Source: a virus (lineage: Duplodnaviria > Caudoviricetes). From it: DNA of 39,833 bases. Shown in pieces: positions 1 to 9,924 of this stretch. A model generated the notes under the pieces. It had not been told where the DNA came from and searched no databases. It saw nothing but the letters and a program-made list of their open reading frames with translations. The stretch is from the IMG/VR virus record IMGVR_UViG_3300032304_000280, positions 1 through 39,833 of that record, one strand, 5' to 3'. The position numbers and the translations under genes are program-made. Each line of letters begins with the position of its first letter. The first letter of the stretch is position 1.

Positions 1-123
1 GCATGGCATGCACGCAATGCCTGCCGCAGGCGCGTATACGACCCCTGCAAGCACCAAACGCAAGTACGCCATGCTTACCCCTGAGATTCGTAAATTCGAG
101 GCCCAGGAGGCTGAAATCAAGGC
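1..123. repeat. Terminal direct repeat (circular assembly overlap), copy 1
   Basis: Bases 1-123 are identical to 39711-39833 and the reading frame continues across the junction. Confidence 0.97.
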
Positions 124-3100
124 GGCGGCACCATCGGCTCAACTGCGTGCTGGCACTCTGACATTTGACGAGGCCGACGCAGAAGCAGTGGCCAAGTTTT
201 TCCCACCGTCTGCCCAGGCTCAAATCCTGCGCCAGCCAGAGCGCGGCGGGTTCGATCCGAAACGATTGACCACAATCCTCAACGAGAAGGCGGATATGTC
301 CACCTTCCTGCATGAGACTGCGCACTTTTTCTTAACGGTGTACGCCGACATGGCCTCGCGCCCAGACGCCACCGAACAGAACAAGCAAGACATGCAGACT
401 GTGCTCGATTGGTTTGGCATCAAAGACCTAGCTACCTGGAATGCGCTGTCGCTCGATGAGCAACGCAAGTACCACGAGCAATGGGCCTACAACTACGAGA
501 TCTACTTGTTTGAAGGCAAGGCTCCAAGCCTGCAAATGCAATCGATGTTTGAGCGTTTCAGCGCCTGGTTGCGCCGCGTTTACAAATCGATCCGCGACGA
601 ACTCAACCAGATCTATCGCCAAGAGAACGGCGAAGACTTGCCGATCCTGACCGGTGAAGTGCGTGAAGTCATGGACCGCATGCTGGCCAGCGAAGAGCAG
701 ATCAAACAATCTGAAGCAGTCAACAGCATGGTGCCCATGTACCAGACTCAGCAAGAGTCCGGCATGGACGACACCGAGTGGGCCGCGTACCAAGAAATGA
801 TGGCCGAGGCCACAGAGGCATCGATCACTGAGTTGACACAGGCAAGCCTGCGCCAATTGAAGTGGCTCGGCAATGCTCGTTCTCGCGTGCTCAAAGAGAT
901 GCAGGCCAAGACGGCTGACATCCGCAAAGGCGTGCGTGAAGAAGTGGCCGCAGAAGTTCAAGAAGATCGCGTTTATGTGGCCATGGAGTTCTTGAAGCGT
1001 GGCATCACCAAAGATGAAAACGGCCAAGACATCCAGGCATTAACTGGGCACAAACTCAAGATCGCCGATGTGAAGGCGCTCTACCCTGAAAGCAAAGAGT
1101 CGCTGACACCTGCACCTGACCTGACAAAATTGGGTTACGGCAAGTACGGCATGCTGGCTGAAGAAGGCCTGCCGCCTGACCTGGTGGCATCGATGTTCGG
1201 CTTTGACTCGGGAGATCAGTTGGTCCGCTCGTTGCTCGATGCCAAGCCAATCAAAGAAGAGATCGATGGTCGCACCGACGAGCGCATGCTTGCTGAATAC
1301 TCAGACCTATTGGACCCGGCCAGCATTGAGTTGGAAATCCAGAAGGCACTGCACAACGAAGCACGCGCCCGCTTTGTGGCCGTCGAGTTGCGCTACCTGG
1401 CCAAGGCAACACAGCCTGCGCGCCTAATGATTCAAGCCGCCAAGACTGCGGCCAAGTCAATCATTGGCAACAAGATCATCAGCGAGATCCGCCCGCGTGA
1501 CTACACCTTGGCAGAGGCTCGCGCATCCAAGGAAAGCATCAAGGCATCCAAAGCTGGAAAGACCACTGAGGCCGCAAAGGCCAAGCAAAACCAATTGCTC
1601 AACAACCAGTTGTCTCTCGAGGCAGTCAACGCACGCAAAGAAATCGACAAGGCCATTGACGGCTTTGCCAAGATTTTCAAAGGCGATGCCAAGATGGCCA
1701 AGAATCGCAACATCGATCTGGTCAACGCCGCACGATACATCCTTGGCCACTATGGCCTTGGCCCGCGTGATGTCGATCCTGCAAAGTTTGTCGAGCAACT
1801 CAAGTCATACAACCCAGACCTGTATGCAGACATCGAGCCAATCTTGCTCGAGTCCACCGCTGGCCCACGCAACTACAAAAAGTTGACGCTGAACGAATTC
1901 CGTCAAATGAAGGAAATCGTCGATGCGTTGTGGTACCAGTCCAAGCGTGAAAACGAAGTGATGATTGAAGGCAAAGCAGTTGCGCTTGATTCGATCATTG
2001 CAGAACTCAATGCGCGACTCGATGAGATTGGAGTGCCTGAAGAGGTTGCCGGTGAACGCATGGCGCCTGGCAAAAAAGAAAAAGCCATCCGCGCCCTGTA
2101 CAACGCCAAAGCATTGACCCGCAAGGTCGAGCACTGGGCTGATGCTACTGACGGAGCCGCTGGTCCTGGCCCATTCACCAATTACATCTGGCGTCCATTG
2201 CGTGCCGCGCTTGATCAATACCGCGTTGACCGCAACCGCTATGTCAAAGACTATGTCGACATGATCTCCAAGCTGGATCTGCCAGTGCAAAAGATCAATG
2301 CGCCAGAATTGAACTACACATTTGGCAACGAGAACGGCGGCATCGGCAAGGCAGAAGTGCTTGGTGCATTGATGCATATCGGCAACGACAGCAACATGAA
2401 GAAGCTGATTGCTGGTCGAGGCTGGGGCCAAATCAACGAAGACGGCTCTGTCGACACATCTCGATGGAATGCTTTTATGAACCGCATGATTGATGAAGGA
2501 GTGCTCACTAAAGCCGACTTTGATTTTGTGCAAGCAGTATGGGATCTAAATGAAGAACTCAAGCCTATGGCGCAAGAGGCGCATCGCGAGATCTTCGGCT
2601 ACTATTTCAAAGAAGTCGAGGCTCGCCCAGTGGTTACACCGTTTGGCACATACCGTGGTGGCTATGTTCCGGCGAAGACTGACCCGTTCATAGTTCGCGA
2701 CGCACAGCGTCAGGCCAAGATGGAAGAACTCGAGGCCGACTTCCGCAACTCGATGCCAAGCACTGGCGCAGGGTTCACGAAGTCTCGCGTCGAATACAAC
2801 AAGGCACTGTCGCTGGACATTCGTGTGATGGCCAAACACATCGATGATGTGATCCGCTTTGCACGCGTACAGCCAACGATCCGCGACACACTCAAGATCA
2901 TCCGCAAGCGTGATTTTGCAGACACCATCACCAGGATGGACCCGACCGTCATCGAGGACATGATCCTGCCGTGGCTCAATCGATCTGCTCGCCAGATCAC
3001 GAGCGAAGTAGGCATGAACCGTAGCATCGATACATTCTGGCGCGCAGTTCGCAACCGCACTGGTATTGGCATCATGTTTGCCAACATCACCAACGCGTTG

Positions 3101-4162
3101 CAACAGGTGACCGGCTTCTTCCCTGCCTTGCTCAAGGTCGAAGGCAAATACATGAAGTCTGCCCTGGCCGACTACATGAAGAGTCCAACGACGCAATCTG
3201 AGTTTGTTGCTGAATTGTCGCCGTTCATGGCTGACCGCATGAGCAATCAGATGGTCGAAGTGCAAGACATGATGAATGACTTGCTGATCAACCCAACCAA
3301 GTTTGACAAGATCCAGAAGTGGTCCAACAAGCATGGCTACTTCTTGCAACAGGCTTTTCAAAACTTTGTCGATGTGGTGACCTGGGTGGGCGCATACAAC
3401 CAGACAGTCGCAGAACTTGGCGCAGATGTTGATGAGAAGTCAGCAAGCAACGAAGCGATCAAGCGCGCCGACGCCGCTGTGCGTATGACCCAGTCAAGCC
3501 TACAACCTGAAGACTTGTCCGCGTTTGAGGTCGGTTCGCCGTTTTACAAGACGCTTATCCAGTTCTCTGGCTACTTCAACATGATCGCCAACTTGAATGC
3601 CAACGAGTACATCAAGATCTTCCGCGACCTTGGCTGGCGTGGCCAAAAGGGCAAACTGTTCATGACCTACTTGTTGGGCTTCGGCTTGCCAATGCTGGTC
3701 GCTGACGCCATCGTGCGCAGTCTTGGCGGAGGCTGGGACGACGAAGATGATGACGGCTACATGGATGTGTTCATGAGTTGGTTCTTTGGCTCACAACTGC
3801 GTGGTGCTGTCGCCCTGGTTCCGTTTGGTACTGCGGCCACCGTGCCATTCAACGCGTTCAACAACAAGCCCTATGATGACCGCATGACAACCAGCCCGTC
3901 TGTCTCAACGCTCGAGGGCGCGACGATTGGTGTGGTTAAGGCTGGCATCAATATCGCCGATTCAGACAAAGAGGTCACTGGCAAGAATGTTCGCGACATT
4001 CTGACCATGATCAGCCTGGTCACCGGCATCCCCGTAACCGTGCTTGGCAGACCGATTGGCTATGCCATCGATGTCGAGCGCGGCAAGATTAAACCCACCT
4101 CTGATGTCGACTACATTCGCGGGCTTGCCACTGGCAAAGCAAGCGAGTCGTCGAGACAGTAA
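2..4162 (+). CDS. C-terminal part of the giant internal virion/ejection polyvalent protein (continues from 34543 across the origin); zincin-like HExxH motif
   Basis: MHAMPAAG... is in frame with the end of the window; STFLHETAHFF at ~311-325 with downstream HEQWA; hydrophobic C-terminal segment; last position in the ejection-gene block. Confidence 0.85.
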   Translation, partial: HGMHAMPAAGAYTTPASTKRKYAMLTPEIRKFEAQEAEIKAAAPSAQLRAGTLTFDEADAEAVAKFFPPSAQAQILRQPERGGFDPKRLTTILNEKADMSTFLHETAHFFLTVYADMASRPDATEQNKQDMQTVLDWFGIKDLATWNALSLDEQRKYHEQWAYNYEIYLFEGKAPSLQMQSMFERFSAWLRRVYKSIRDELNQIYRQENGEDLPILTGEVREVMDRMLASEEQIKQSEAVNSMVPMYQTQQESGMDDTEWAAYQEMMAEATEASITELTQASLRQLKWLGNARSRVLKEMQAKTADIRKGVREEVAAEVQEDRVYVAMEFLKRGITKDENGQDIQALTGHKLKIADVKALYPESKESLTPAPDLTKLGYGKYGMLAEEGLPPDLVASMFGFDSGDQLVRSLLDAKPIKEEIDGRTDERMLAEYSDLLDPASIELEIQKALHNEARARFVAVELRYLAKATQPARLMIQAAKTAAKSIIGNKIISEIRPRDYTLAEARASKESIKASKAGKTTEAAKAKQNQLLNNQLSLEAVNARKEIDKAIDGFAKIFKGDAKMAKNRNIDLVNAARYILGHYGLGPRDVDPAKFVEQLKSYNPDLYADIEPILLESTAGPRNYKKLTLNEFRQMKEIVDALWYQSKRENEVMIEGKAVALDSIIAELNARLDEIGVPEEVAGERMAPGKKEKAIRALYNAKALTRKVEHWADATDGAAGPGPFTNYIWRPLRAALDQYRVDRNRYVKDYVDMISKLDLPVQKINAPELNYTFGNENGGIGKAEVLGALMHIGNDSNMKKLIAGRGWGQINEDGSVDTSRWNAFMNRMIDEGVLTKADFDFVQAVWDLNEELKPMAQEAHREIFGYYFKEVEARPVVTPFGTYRGGYVPAKTDPFIVRDAQRQAKMEELEADFRNSMPSTGAGFTKSRVEYNKALSLDIRVMAKHIDDVIRFARVQPTIRDTLKIIRKRDFADTITRMDPTVIEDMILPWLNRSARQITSEVGMNRSIDTFWRAVRNRTGIGIMFANITNALQQVTGFFPALLKVEGKYMKSALADYMKSPTTQSEFVAELSPFMADRMSNQMVEVQDMMNDLLINPTKFDKIQKWSNKHGYFLQQAFQNFVDVVTWVGAYNQTVAELGADVDEKSASNEAIKRADAAVRMTQSSLQPEDLSAFEVGSPFYKTLIQFSGYFNMIANLNANEYIKIFRDLGWRGQKGKLFMTYLLGFGLPMLVADAIVRSLGGGWDDEDDDGYMDVFMSWFFGSQLRGAVALVPFGTAATVPFNAFNNKPYDDRMTTSPSVSTLEGATIGVVKAGINIADSDKEVTGKNVRDILTMISLVTGIPVTVLGRPIGYAIDVERGKIKPTSDVDYIRGLATGKASESSRQ

Positions 4163-4195
4163 GGTACCCGTATCCACAACCAGAATGCTTAGTCT
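4163..4195 (+). promoter_or_regulatory. Putative phage late promoter GGTACCCGTA-N17-TAGTCT
   Basis: One of four identical 10-mers, each followed after exactly 17 nt by TAnnnT; lies upstream of the tail fibre gene. Confidence 0.75.
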
Positions 4196-4222
4196 CTTCA
4201 CAATTGTCCAGGAGTTCCGTCC

Positions 4223-7192
4223 ATGACCATCAGTTCAAATAGCCGGAAAGCCGGTCCGTTTATAGGTAACGGAACAGCCGCGACTTTCCCCTTTACATTC
4301 AAGGTCTTCCAGGCTTCTGACCTGGAGGTGGTGAAACTCACCGTTGCAACCAATGTCGAAACGATTTTGGTGCTCAATACTGACTTCACCGCATCCGTCA
4401 ACGAAGACCAAAACTCCAGCCCTGGCGGCACAATCACGCTGTCTGCTGGCGCCCTGGCGACTGGCTACAACCTGGTCATCACCTCGGACATTGAAAACCT
4501 TCAACCAACCGATCTGACCAACCAGGGTGGCTTCTACCCTGAAGTTATCACCGACGCGCTGGACCGCGCAACGATTCAGATCCAGCAATTGCAAGAAGCT
4601 GTTGACCGTGCGGCCCTATTGCCAATCACCAGTAGCGCAGACGCCGCATCTCTTGTGGCCGACATCGTGCGCTTGGCTGACAGTGCAGACAACCTGGACA
4701 TCGACGCCAACAACATTGCATCGATCAACTCTGTCGCCGGTAGCATTTCCAATGTCAACACCGTTGCGACAAACATCAGCAATGTGAACACCGTCGCTGG
4801 CGTGTCGTCCAATGTGACTGTTGTCGGAACAAACATTGCATCAGTCAACACTGTTGCGGCTGACTTGAACGAGCCGGTGTCAGAGATTGAAACTGTCGCG
4901 GCCAACATCACGAATGTGAACACCGTCGGCACCAACATTGCCAATGTCAATATTGTTGGTGGAATCAGCGCCAATGTGACTACTGTTGCAGGCATCTCTG
5001 GTAGTGTTTCAACTGTTGCGACAAACAGCGCAAGCGTGGTGACTGCGGCGACAAACATTGCCAACATCAACACCGTGGCGTCCGATCTCAATGAGCCTGT
5101 CTCTGAGATTGACACAGTGGCCACGAACATCGCCAATGTGAACACAGTTGGCACGAATATCTCAAGCGTCAACACGACTGCCGCGAACAACACGAACATC
5201 ACGACTGTTGCAACCAACATCGCCAATGTGAACACAACTGCAACCAACATTGCAAATGTGAACTCGGTTGCAGGCAACTCGACCAACATCAATGCAGTGG
5301 CTGGTAACAGCACCAACATTAACGCTGTTGCGACGAACTCAACAAACATCAATACTGCCGCGACTAACATTGCCGCTATCACGACTGTTGCCAATGACTT
5401 GAACGAGCCGACCAGCGAGATCGATGTCGTTGCGAACAACATCGCAAGTGTGAACACTGTAGGCACAAACATCGCTGATGTGAGCACCGTTGCAGGCGTT
5501 GCAGGTAATGTGAACACGGTTGCAGGCATTGCACCTAATGTCACGACGGTGGCAGGAATCTCAGCAAATGTGACTACAGTTGCAGGCGTTGCCGCGAATG
5601 TCACTACTGTTGCAGGCATCTCGTCAAATGTCACGACTGTTGCTGGTGTCAGTGCAGATGTGACCACTGTTGCTGGTGTGGCCAGCGACATTCCAACTGT
5701 TGCAGACAATGTCTCCAACATCAACGATTACGCCAACACCTACCAGGGCGCCAAAGCCACTGCGCCAACACTGCGCAACAACGGTGGCGCATTGCTTGAA
5801 GGTGACATGTACTTCAACACTACCAGCGACACGATGTTTGTGTACGGCTCTGGTGGTTGGGTGCCTGCTGGCTCTAGCGTGAACGGAACAAGCCAACGCT
5901 ACAAGTATGTGGCCACCTCTGGCCAGACTTCATTCTCTGGCACTGATGCAAACGGCAACACGCTGACCTATGACGCAGGCTTCATCGATGTGTATTTGAA
6001 CGGCGTTCACCTGGACCCGACAGACTACACCGCGACGACCGGTACCAGCATCGTGCTTGGCTCTGGTGCGGCGCTGAACGATGAACTTTACATCGTTGCG
6101 TTTGGCACATTTAATGTTGCGTCATTCAACGGCTCTGGCCTTGACGACAATACAGTCAACATCAGCAAATTGAATGCAACTGGTACTCGTAGCAGTTCTA
6201 CATTTTTGGCTGGCGACAACACATTCAAAACTGTTGCCGTCACACCAACTGCAATTTCAGACCAAGCAAATACAAGCACTGGTTACATGATGATGCCTGT
6301 TGGCACTACTGCACAGCGCCCTGGAACACCAGCTTCTGGCATGTACAGAATGAATTCAACAACCGGATCTCCAGAGTGGTATGACAATTTATCTGGATCT
6401 TGGGTGCGATTTAATATTGGGTTGCCATATACGGTTGAGTATTTGGTGATTGCAGGAGGCGGTTCTGGTGATGGTGGTGGTGGCGGTGCTGGAGGCGTTC
6501 TTGCATCATCCATGGCCATTAATGGAGGCAGTATTGTTTCTGTTGTTGTCGGCGCCGGAGGTCCAGCTAATACCATAAACAACTTTGGCAATAACGGTTC
6601 AAATTCAACTTTAGCAAGTATTGCATTTTCTACTCTTACTGCAATTGGTGGTGGATGTGGCAGATATTCAGGGCAGGCTGGAGTTTCTGGTGGCTCTGGT
6701 GGTGGAGGCGCGGCACAATCATATGCTGGTGGTGCTGGAACATCAGGTCAAGGAAACGCTGGTGGCGCTGGTTCTCCTGGAACAATTGCCGCTGGTGGTG
6801 GTGGTGGCGCTGGCGCTGTTGGTTCTGTTGGTGTTAGTAACACCGGAGGAGCAGGAGGCGCAGGAACAAACACATATTCAACTTGGGCAACAGCAACAAG
6901 CACCGGTGCAAGCGGTTTTTACGCAGGCGGCGGGGGTGGCGGCGGTAATTCAGGTGGAGCCGGAGGATCTGGTGGAGGTGGCGCTGGAGCCAGCGGAAGT
7001 GCAACTTCAGGAACAGCTAACACTGGCGGCGGAGGTGGTGGTGTTTATGCATCTTATCCAGCAGGATCTGGCGGTTCCGGAATTGTAATTTTGCGATACT
7101 CAGGTGCTCAACGCGCTTCCGGTGGCACAGTGACATCGTCCGGCGGCTACACCTACCACACCTTCACTTCGTCCGGCACATTCACGGCATAA
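4223..7192 (+). CDS. Tail fibre protein (podovirus-type N-terminal anchor, 10-aa repeat stalk, Gly-rich C-terminal domain)
   Basis: N-terminal GNGTAATFPFTFKVF...ALDRATIQIQQL anchor; NIANVNTVA-type repeats; EYLVIAGGG...HTFTSSGTF Gly-rich domain; SD AGGAG. Confidence 0.88.
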   Translation: MTISSNSRKAGPFIGNGTAATFPFTFKVFQASDLEVVKLTVATNVETILVLNTDFTASVNEDQNSSPGGTITLSAGALATGYNLVITSDIENLQPTDLTNQGGFYPEVITDALDRATIQIQQLQEAVDRAALLPITSSADAASLVADIVRLADSADNLDIDANNIASINSVAGSISNVNTVATNISNVNTVAGVSSNVTVVGTNIASVNTVAADLNEPVSEIETVAANITNVNTVGTNIANVNIVGGISANVTTVAGISGSVSTVATNSASVVTAATNIANINTVASDLNEPVSEIDTVATNIANVNTVGTNISSVNTTAANNTNITTVATNIANVNTTATNIANVNSVAGNSTNINAVAGNSTNINAVATNSTNINTAATNIAAITTVANDLNEPTSEIDVVANNIASVNTVGTNIADVSTVAGVAGNVNTVAGIAPNVTTVAGISANVTTVAGVAANVTTVAGISSNVTTVAGVSADVTTVAGVASDIPTVADNVSNINDYANTYQGAKATAPTLRNNGGALLEGDMYFNTTSDTMFVYGSGGWVPAGSSVNGTSQRYKYVATSGQTSFSGTDANGNTLTYDAGFIDVYLNGVHLDPTDYTATTGTSIVLGSGAALNDELYIVAFGTFNVASFNGSGLDDNTVNISKLNATGTRSSSTFLAGDNTFKTVAVTPTAISDQANTSTGYMMMPVGTTAQRPGTPASGMYRMNSTTGSPEWYDNLSGSWVRFNIGLPYTVEYLVIAGGGSGDGGGGGAGGVLASSMAINGGSIVSVVVGAGGPANTINNFGNNGSNSTLASIAFSTLTAIGGGCGRYSGQAGVSGGSGGGGAAQSYAGGAGTSGQGNAGGAGSPGTIAAGGGGGAGAVGSVGVSNTGGAGGAGTNTYSTWATATSTGASGFYAGGGGGGGNSGGAGGSGGGGAGASGSATSGTANTGGGGGGVYASYPAGSGGSGIVILRYSGAQRASGGTVTSSGGYTYHTFTSSGTFTA
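4700..5730 (+). repeat. Degenerate 30-nt/10-aa coding repeats in the tail fibre stalk
   Basis: Repeated N(I/V)xxVNTV(A/G) and NVTTVAG(I/V) units with three DLNEP(V/T)SEI(E/D) interruptions; boundaries approximate. Confidence 0.85.
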
Positions 7193-7201
7193 GGAATCGA
7201 T

Positions 7202-8284
7202 ATGAGCAAAGCACGAAATTTATCGCAGGTGATTGTCGACGCGGGTGGTGACATCAATGCATCATCGCTCGACAATGTGACGCCTGCATCAATCAGCGAC
7301 AAAAGCAACACGAGCACTGGCGCGTTTGATCTGCCTGCTGGTACGACTGCACAGCGTCCTGCTTCACCGCATGTAGGACAAACACGCTTTAATACAACCT
7401 TGGGTAAAGTTGAAAATTACACTGGTACCCAATGGGAACAAGTGGCAATGCCATACAACATTGAGTATCTTGTAATTGCTGGCGGCGGTGGCGGAACAGG
7501 AACTGGCGGCGGCGGCGGAGGTGCAGGCGGATATAGATCTTCTGTAGTTGGCCAAAGTTCTGGTGGCGGCGCGTCAGCAGAAAGTGCAATTTTATTGACG
7601 CCGTATTCTGACTACACAGTCACTGTTGGTGCTGGCGGTACTGGTTCAACTGGTGTTACATATGGCGGAGATGGCGGCAATTCTGCTTTTGGCAACATTA
7701 TTTCAATTGGTGGTGGCGGTGGAACCGGTAATGCATCAAGCGCAAGTTCTCGTTCCGGTGGATCTGGTGGCGGCGGAACTGCTCGCGCTAGTTCACAACC
7801 AGGTGGAGCAGGAACTACTGGCCAAGGATATGCTGGTGGCCACGGTGGACTTGTTTCTGGAAGCCAATCAAACTCTCGCGGTGGCGGAGGTGGCGGTGCT
7901 GGTGGTGTTGGTTTAGGTTCTAGTGATGGTGGTGTCCGTGCCGATGGTGGCCCAGGCGTCGCATCAAACATCACTGGAAGTTCCGTCACTCGCGGGGGTG
8001 GTGGCGGTGGTGGTTCAGAAAACTATGCCGCAGGCGTTGGCGGTACTGGTGGCGGCGGAAATGGTGGTCGTTATCCTGAACCAGGCTCATACCCTGCCGC
8101 TGTTGCTGGAACTGCCAACACTGGTGGTGGTGGCGGTGGTGGATATGGTTCTGCCGCAAGCGGTGGTTCTGGTGTTGTGATCATTCGCTATGCTGGCGCA
8201 CAACGCGGGACTGGTGGAACTGTCACATCAAGCGGCGGTTACACAATTCACACCTTTACATCCAGCGGAACATATACTGCATAA
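7202..8284 (+). CDS. Second, short Gly-rich tail fibre/receptor-binding protein
   Basis: MSKARNL N-terminus; GTTAQRP module and Gly-rich domain paralogous to the C-terminus of the preceding fibre. Confidence 0.8.
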   Translation: MSKARNLSQVIVDAGGDINASSLDNVTPASISDKSNTSTGAFDLPAGTTAQRPASPHVGQTRFNTTLGKVENYTGTQWEQVAMPYNIEYLVIAGGGGGTGTGGGGGGAGGYRSSVVGQSSGGGASAESAILLTPYSDYTVTVGAGGTGSTGVTYGGDGGNSAFGNIISIGGGGGTGNASSASSRSGGSGGGGTARASSQPGGAGTTGQGYAGGHGGLVSGSQSNSRGGGGGGAGGVGLGSSDGGVRADGGPGVASNITGSSVTRGGGGGGGSENYAAGVGGTGGGGNGGRYPEPGSYPAAVAGTANTGGGGGGGYGSAASGGSGVVIIRYAGAQRGTGGTVTSSGGYTIHTFTSSGTYTA

Positions 8285-8296
8285 CAGGAGAAGCAC

Positions 8297-8683
8297 ATGG
8301 CACATTTTGCAAAAGTAAACAACGGCATCGTCGAGCAAGTCATCGTCGCCGAGCCAGAATTCTTTGACACCTTTGTGGACTCAAGTCCTGGTCAATGGAT
8401 TCAGACCTCATACAACACCCGTGGTGGCGTTCACTACGACCCAGCAACTGGCGAGCCTTCTGCTGATCAAAGCAAAGCATTGCGCAAAAACTACGCAGGC
8501 ATTGGCTACAGCTATGACGCAACGCGTGATGCATTCATCCCGCCAAAGCCATACGCAAGCTGGTTGTTGAATGACAGCACCTGCTTGTGGGATGCACCAG
8601 TTGCAATGCCAACTGATGGTGGCCGCTATGCATGGAATGAATCAACTCAAACATGGGATGTTGTCCCAGATCAACAGCCATAA
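8297..8683 (+). CDS. Tail fibre-associated (assembly chaperone-like) protein
   Basis: MAHFAKV...WIQTSYN...RKNYAGIGYSYD...DAFIPPKPY family, commonly found after Gly-rich fibres; SD AGGAG. Confidence 0.7.
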   Translation: MAHFAKVNNGIVEQVIVAEPEFFDTFVDSSPGQWIQTSYNTRGGVHYDPATGEPSADQSKALRKNYAGIGYSYDATRDAFIPPKPYASWLLNDSTCLWDAPVAMPTDGGRYAWNESTQTWDVVPDQQP

Positions 8684-8698
8684 AAAAAAGGATGAGCA

Positions 8699-8965
8699 AT
8701 GGACCAGACGCTGTTTAACTGGGTCGTAGGTGTATGCGGATTTTTGGGGGGCTGGGTCTTGAAAGTTATCTGGGACGCGATCAAAGAACTCAAAGGTGAC
8801 ATTCGCCAAATTGAACGCGACCTACCAGAAATCTATGTGCGCAAAGACGACTTCAAAGAAGCTGTGCGCGAGATAAAGCAAGACATGAAGGACGGGTTCA
8901 ACAAGATCGATAGCACGCTTGGATTGATCTTTAAAAAACTCGAACACAAAGAAGATAAAGATTGA
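8699..8965 (+). CDS. Small membrane protein, holin/lysis-accessory-like
   Basis: N-terminal TM helix followed by coiled coil with YVRKDDF; start of lysis region. Confidence 0.6.
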   Translation: MDQTLFNWVVGVCGFLGGWVLKVIWDAIKELKGDIRQIERDLPEIYVRKDDFKEAVREIKQDMKDGFNKIDSTLGLIFKKLEHKEDKD

Positions 8966-8971
8966 CGATGT

Positions 8972-9496
8972 ATGGACCCAATCACAGCGTTCGCAACTGC
9001 ACAAGCCGCTGTGGCAGGAGTCAAAGCCGCCGTCAGTTTATACAAAGATGCCAAGGCCGTAGGTAGAGATGTTGGGTCCATAGCCAGCGAAATCAGCCAC
9101 AGTCTTGGCAAGTTTTTTGAAGCGCAAGAAGCTGTTTGCAAAGCAGGGCAAGAGATTGAAGGCAAGGTCATAAAGACCAAATCTGTCGACATGCAAGCAT
9201 TTGAAAATGTGATGCGAGTTAGACAGCTTCAACAGTACGAGCAAGAACTGAAAGAACTCTTGATTTACCACACACCCATGGCTGGAGTGTGGGAAGACTT
9301 CCAAGCAGAGCGTCGCAGAATTCGCGAAGAGAAAGCAGAAGAAGAACGAGTTGAGCGTGCAAGAGTTGCGCGCATTGCCAAAGCAAAAAAAATGTTTTGG
9401 GATGATGTGAAGTTTTACGGAATCATTGGTGGCTTCATTATGTTTGCAGTGAGCATGATGACTTGGTTCTTTTCTTGGTTGGTAGACAACAAATAA
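8972..9496 (+). CDS. Hypothetical coiled-coil protein with C-terminal TM helix
   Basis: Clean ORF in operon; hydrophobic C-terminus. Confidence 0.7.
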   Translation: MDPITAFATAQAAVAGVKAAVSLYKDAKAVGRDVGSIASEISHSLGKFFEAQEAVCKAGQEIEGKVIKTKSVDMQAFENVMRVRQLQQYEQELKELLIYHTPMAGVWEDFQAERRRIREEKAEEERVERARVARIAKAKKMFWDDVKFYGIIGGFIMFAVSMMTWFFSWLVDNK

Positions 9497-9511
9497 AACA
9501 AGGAGTGAAAG

Positions 9512-9922
9512 ATGTTTCCATTGACAGCATTATTTGATGTCGGCATGAAAGTGCTCGACAAATTTATTCCAGACCCAGAAGCAAAAGCAAAAGCACAGCA
9601 AGAACTTTTGAAGATGCAACAAGAGGGGCGCCTGGCTGAACTTAACGCTGACAACATCGAGGCGCAAGAAGTCACCAAGCGTGCGCAGGCTGACATGGGC
9701 AGTGACTCATGGCTGTCTAAAAACATCCGTCCTATGACGCTGATTTTTATCCTGGTCACATACACGACCTTTGCAATGATGTCTGCGTATGGCATCGACA
9801 CCAATCAAAAGTATGTCGAGTTGCTTGGCCAATGGGGCATGCTGATCATGTCGTTCTACTTCGGCGGTCGCACGCTTGAGAAGATCATGGACATGCGCGC
9901 AAAACAACCAGGCAAGGAGTGA
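9512..9922 (+). CDS. Holin (3TM/GTA-holin-like)
   Basis: LDKFIPDP...SDSWLSKNIRPMTL...FYFGGRTLEK pattern; directly upstream of the endolysin; SD AAGGAG. Confidence 0.75.
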   Translation: MFPLTALFDVGMKVLDKFIPDPEAKAKAQQELLKMQQEGRLAELNADNIEAQEVTKRAQADMGSDSWLSKNIRPMTLIFILVTYTTFAMMSAYGIDTNQKYVELLGQWGMLIMSFYFGGRTLEKIMDMRAKQPGKE

Positions 9923-9924
9923 CT

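Noticed and set aside
1-123. Terminal repeat as a biological T7-like DTR
   Set aside because: It lies in the middle of a gene and has the size of an assembly overlap; it only shows circularity or permutation
4576-5724. 382-aa antisense ORF and other long antisense ORFs (e.g. 27260-28177, 37183-38052, 15605-16462)
   Set aside because: Shadows of codon-biased or repetitive sense genes; no convincing RBS or protein-like features
4700-5730. CRISPR-like array
   Set aside because: Repeats are degenerate, in frame and coding, with no unique spacers
4223-8683. Diversity-generating retroelement as in BPP-1
   Set aside because: No reverse transcriptase or Avd gene, and no TR/VR pair differing at adenines; the fibre paralogues differ at all bases
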